DNA from: Candidatus Limnocylindrales bacterium
GTDB lineage: Bacteria; Chloroflexota; Limnocylindria; Limnocylindrales; CSP1-4
Assembly (NCBI GenBank): GCA_038204565.1
Contig: JBBRCU010000011.1
Location: 1,511-65,510 of the forward strand
Direction: 5' to 3'
DNA length: 64,000 nt
The translations under genes were made by a program, and so were the position numbers. Positions 63,943-64,000 of this stretch are shown piece after piece (the stretch's first letter is position 1; every line of letters starts with the position of its first letter). The notes under the pieces were generated by a model. The model worked only from the letters and a program-made list of their open reading frames with translations, did not search any database and had not been told where the DNA came from.

Positions 63943-64000
63943 CCGCCCGCCGCCTCGCTCGCGGGATCGGCGGTGGAGGCAGGCTCGCGGAGGGCGGCGA

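Noticed and set aside
1-64000. Search for tRNA, rRNA, tmRNA, RNase P or SRP RNA genes in intergenic gaps (for example 40904-41071, 42920-43209, 56369-56389).
   Set aside because: No cloverleaf-compatible segments or conserved RNA boxes were recognised by eye. The gaps are short or lack conserved motifs. A tRNAscan or Infernal run is still advisable.

Overview
By eye this is a high-GC window (about 70%) from a bacterium, possibly Actinomycetota or Chloroflexota; taxonomy cannot be settled from sequence alone. It is densely coding: I support about 53 CDS, and many neighbours have ATGA/GTGA start-stop overlaps. I found no rRNA, tRNA, CRISPR array, transposase or integrase. Most long antisense ORFs in the track are Arg/Pro/Gly-rich shadow frames typical of high-GC DNA.

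Layout:
1. 1-5487: the tail of a PIN toxin gene, a lipoprotein, and an acyl-CoA operon (acyl-CoA dehydrogenase, ADP-forming acyl-CoA synthetase, enoyl-CoA hydratase).
2. 5814-8338: a TasA/SipW-type module, with an ER/archaeal-type signal peptidase flanked by two cargo proteins that carry the same TasA-like signal/mature junction.
3. 8436-42985: a roughly 34 kb cell-surface glycan island.
   - Wzx/Wzy-type parts: a priming sugar transferase, one GT2, two GT4, a flippase, a Wzy/O-antigen-ligase-like protein, and a Wzz/BY-kinase-like co-polymerase with a degenerate P-loop.
   - Sugar-nucleotide genes: UDP-glucose 6-dehydrogenase and an epimerase.
   - Unusual accessory genes: an APH-like kinase, a nucleotidyltransferase/P-loop-kinase fusion, and a membrane protein with a degenerate GGDEF domain that keeps the RxxD I-site.
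   - Many secreted multidomain proteins: three alginate-lyase-like paralogs, three paralogous Asp-box propellers sharing a KLWxNDGxWWA signature, PKD/Ig-like/Fn3 arrays, a DNRLRE-type module and a beta-helix protein.
4. 43210-64000: mixed housekeeping and signalling genes. These include a MoaD-MoaE (MoaX-like) fusion, an orphan KamD-like protein, a GG-terminated MoaD/ThiS-like protein paired with a BNR propeller, a phosphoribosyltransferase, an AMP-forming acyl-CoA synthetase, threonine aldolase, a non-Pyl MttB-family methyltransferase, a ferritin-like protein, DinB, DUF1801, a cupin, a papain-like amidase, an adenylate cyclase-TPR protein divergent from a cNMP-binding protein, and tryptophan 2,3-dioxygenase.

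The most interesting candidates are the TasA/SipW module together with the adjacent glycan island (a putative matrix island), the uncharacterised KLWxNDGxWWA propeller family, and the PelD-like degenerate GGDEF protein wedged between ugd and the priming transferase.

All functional calls rest on motif and family recognition by eye. No database search was run.
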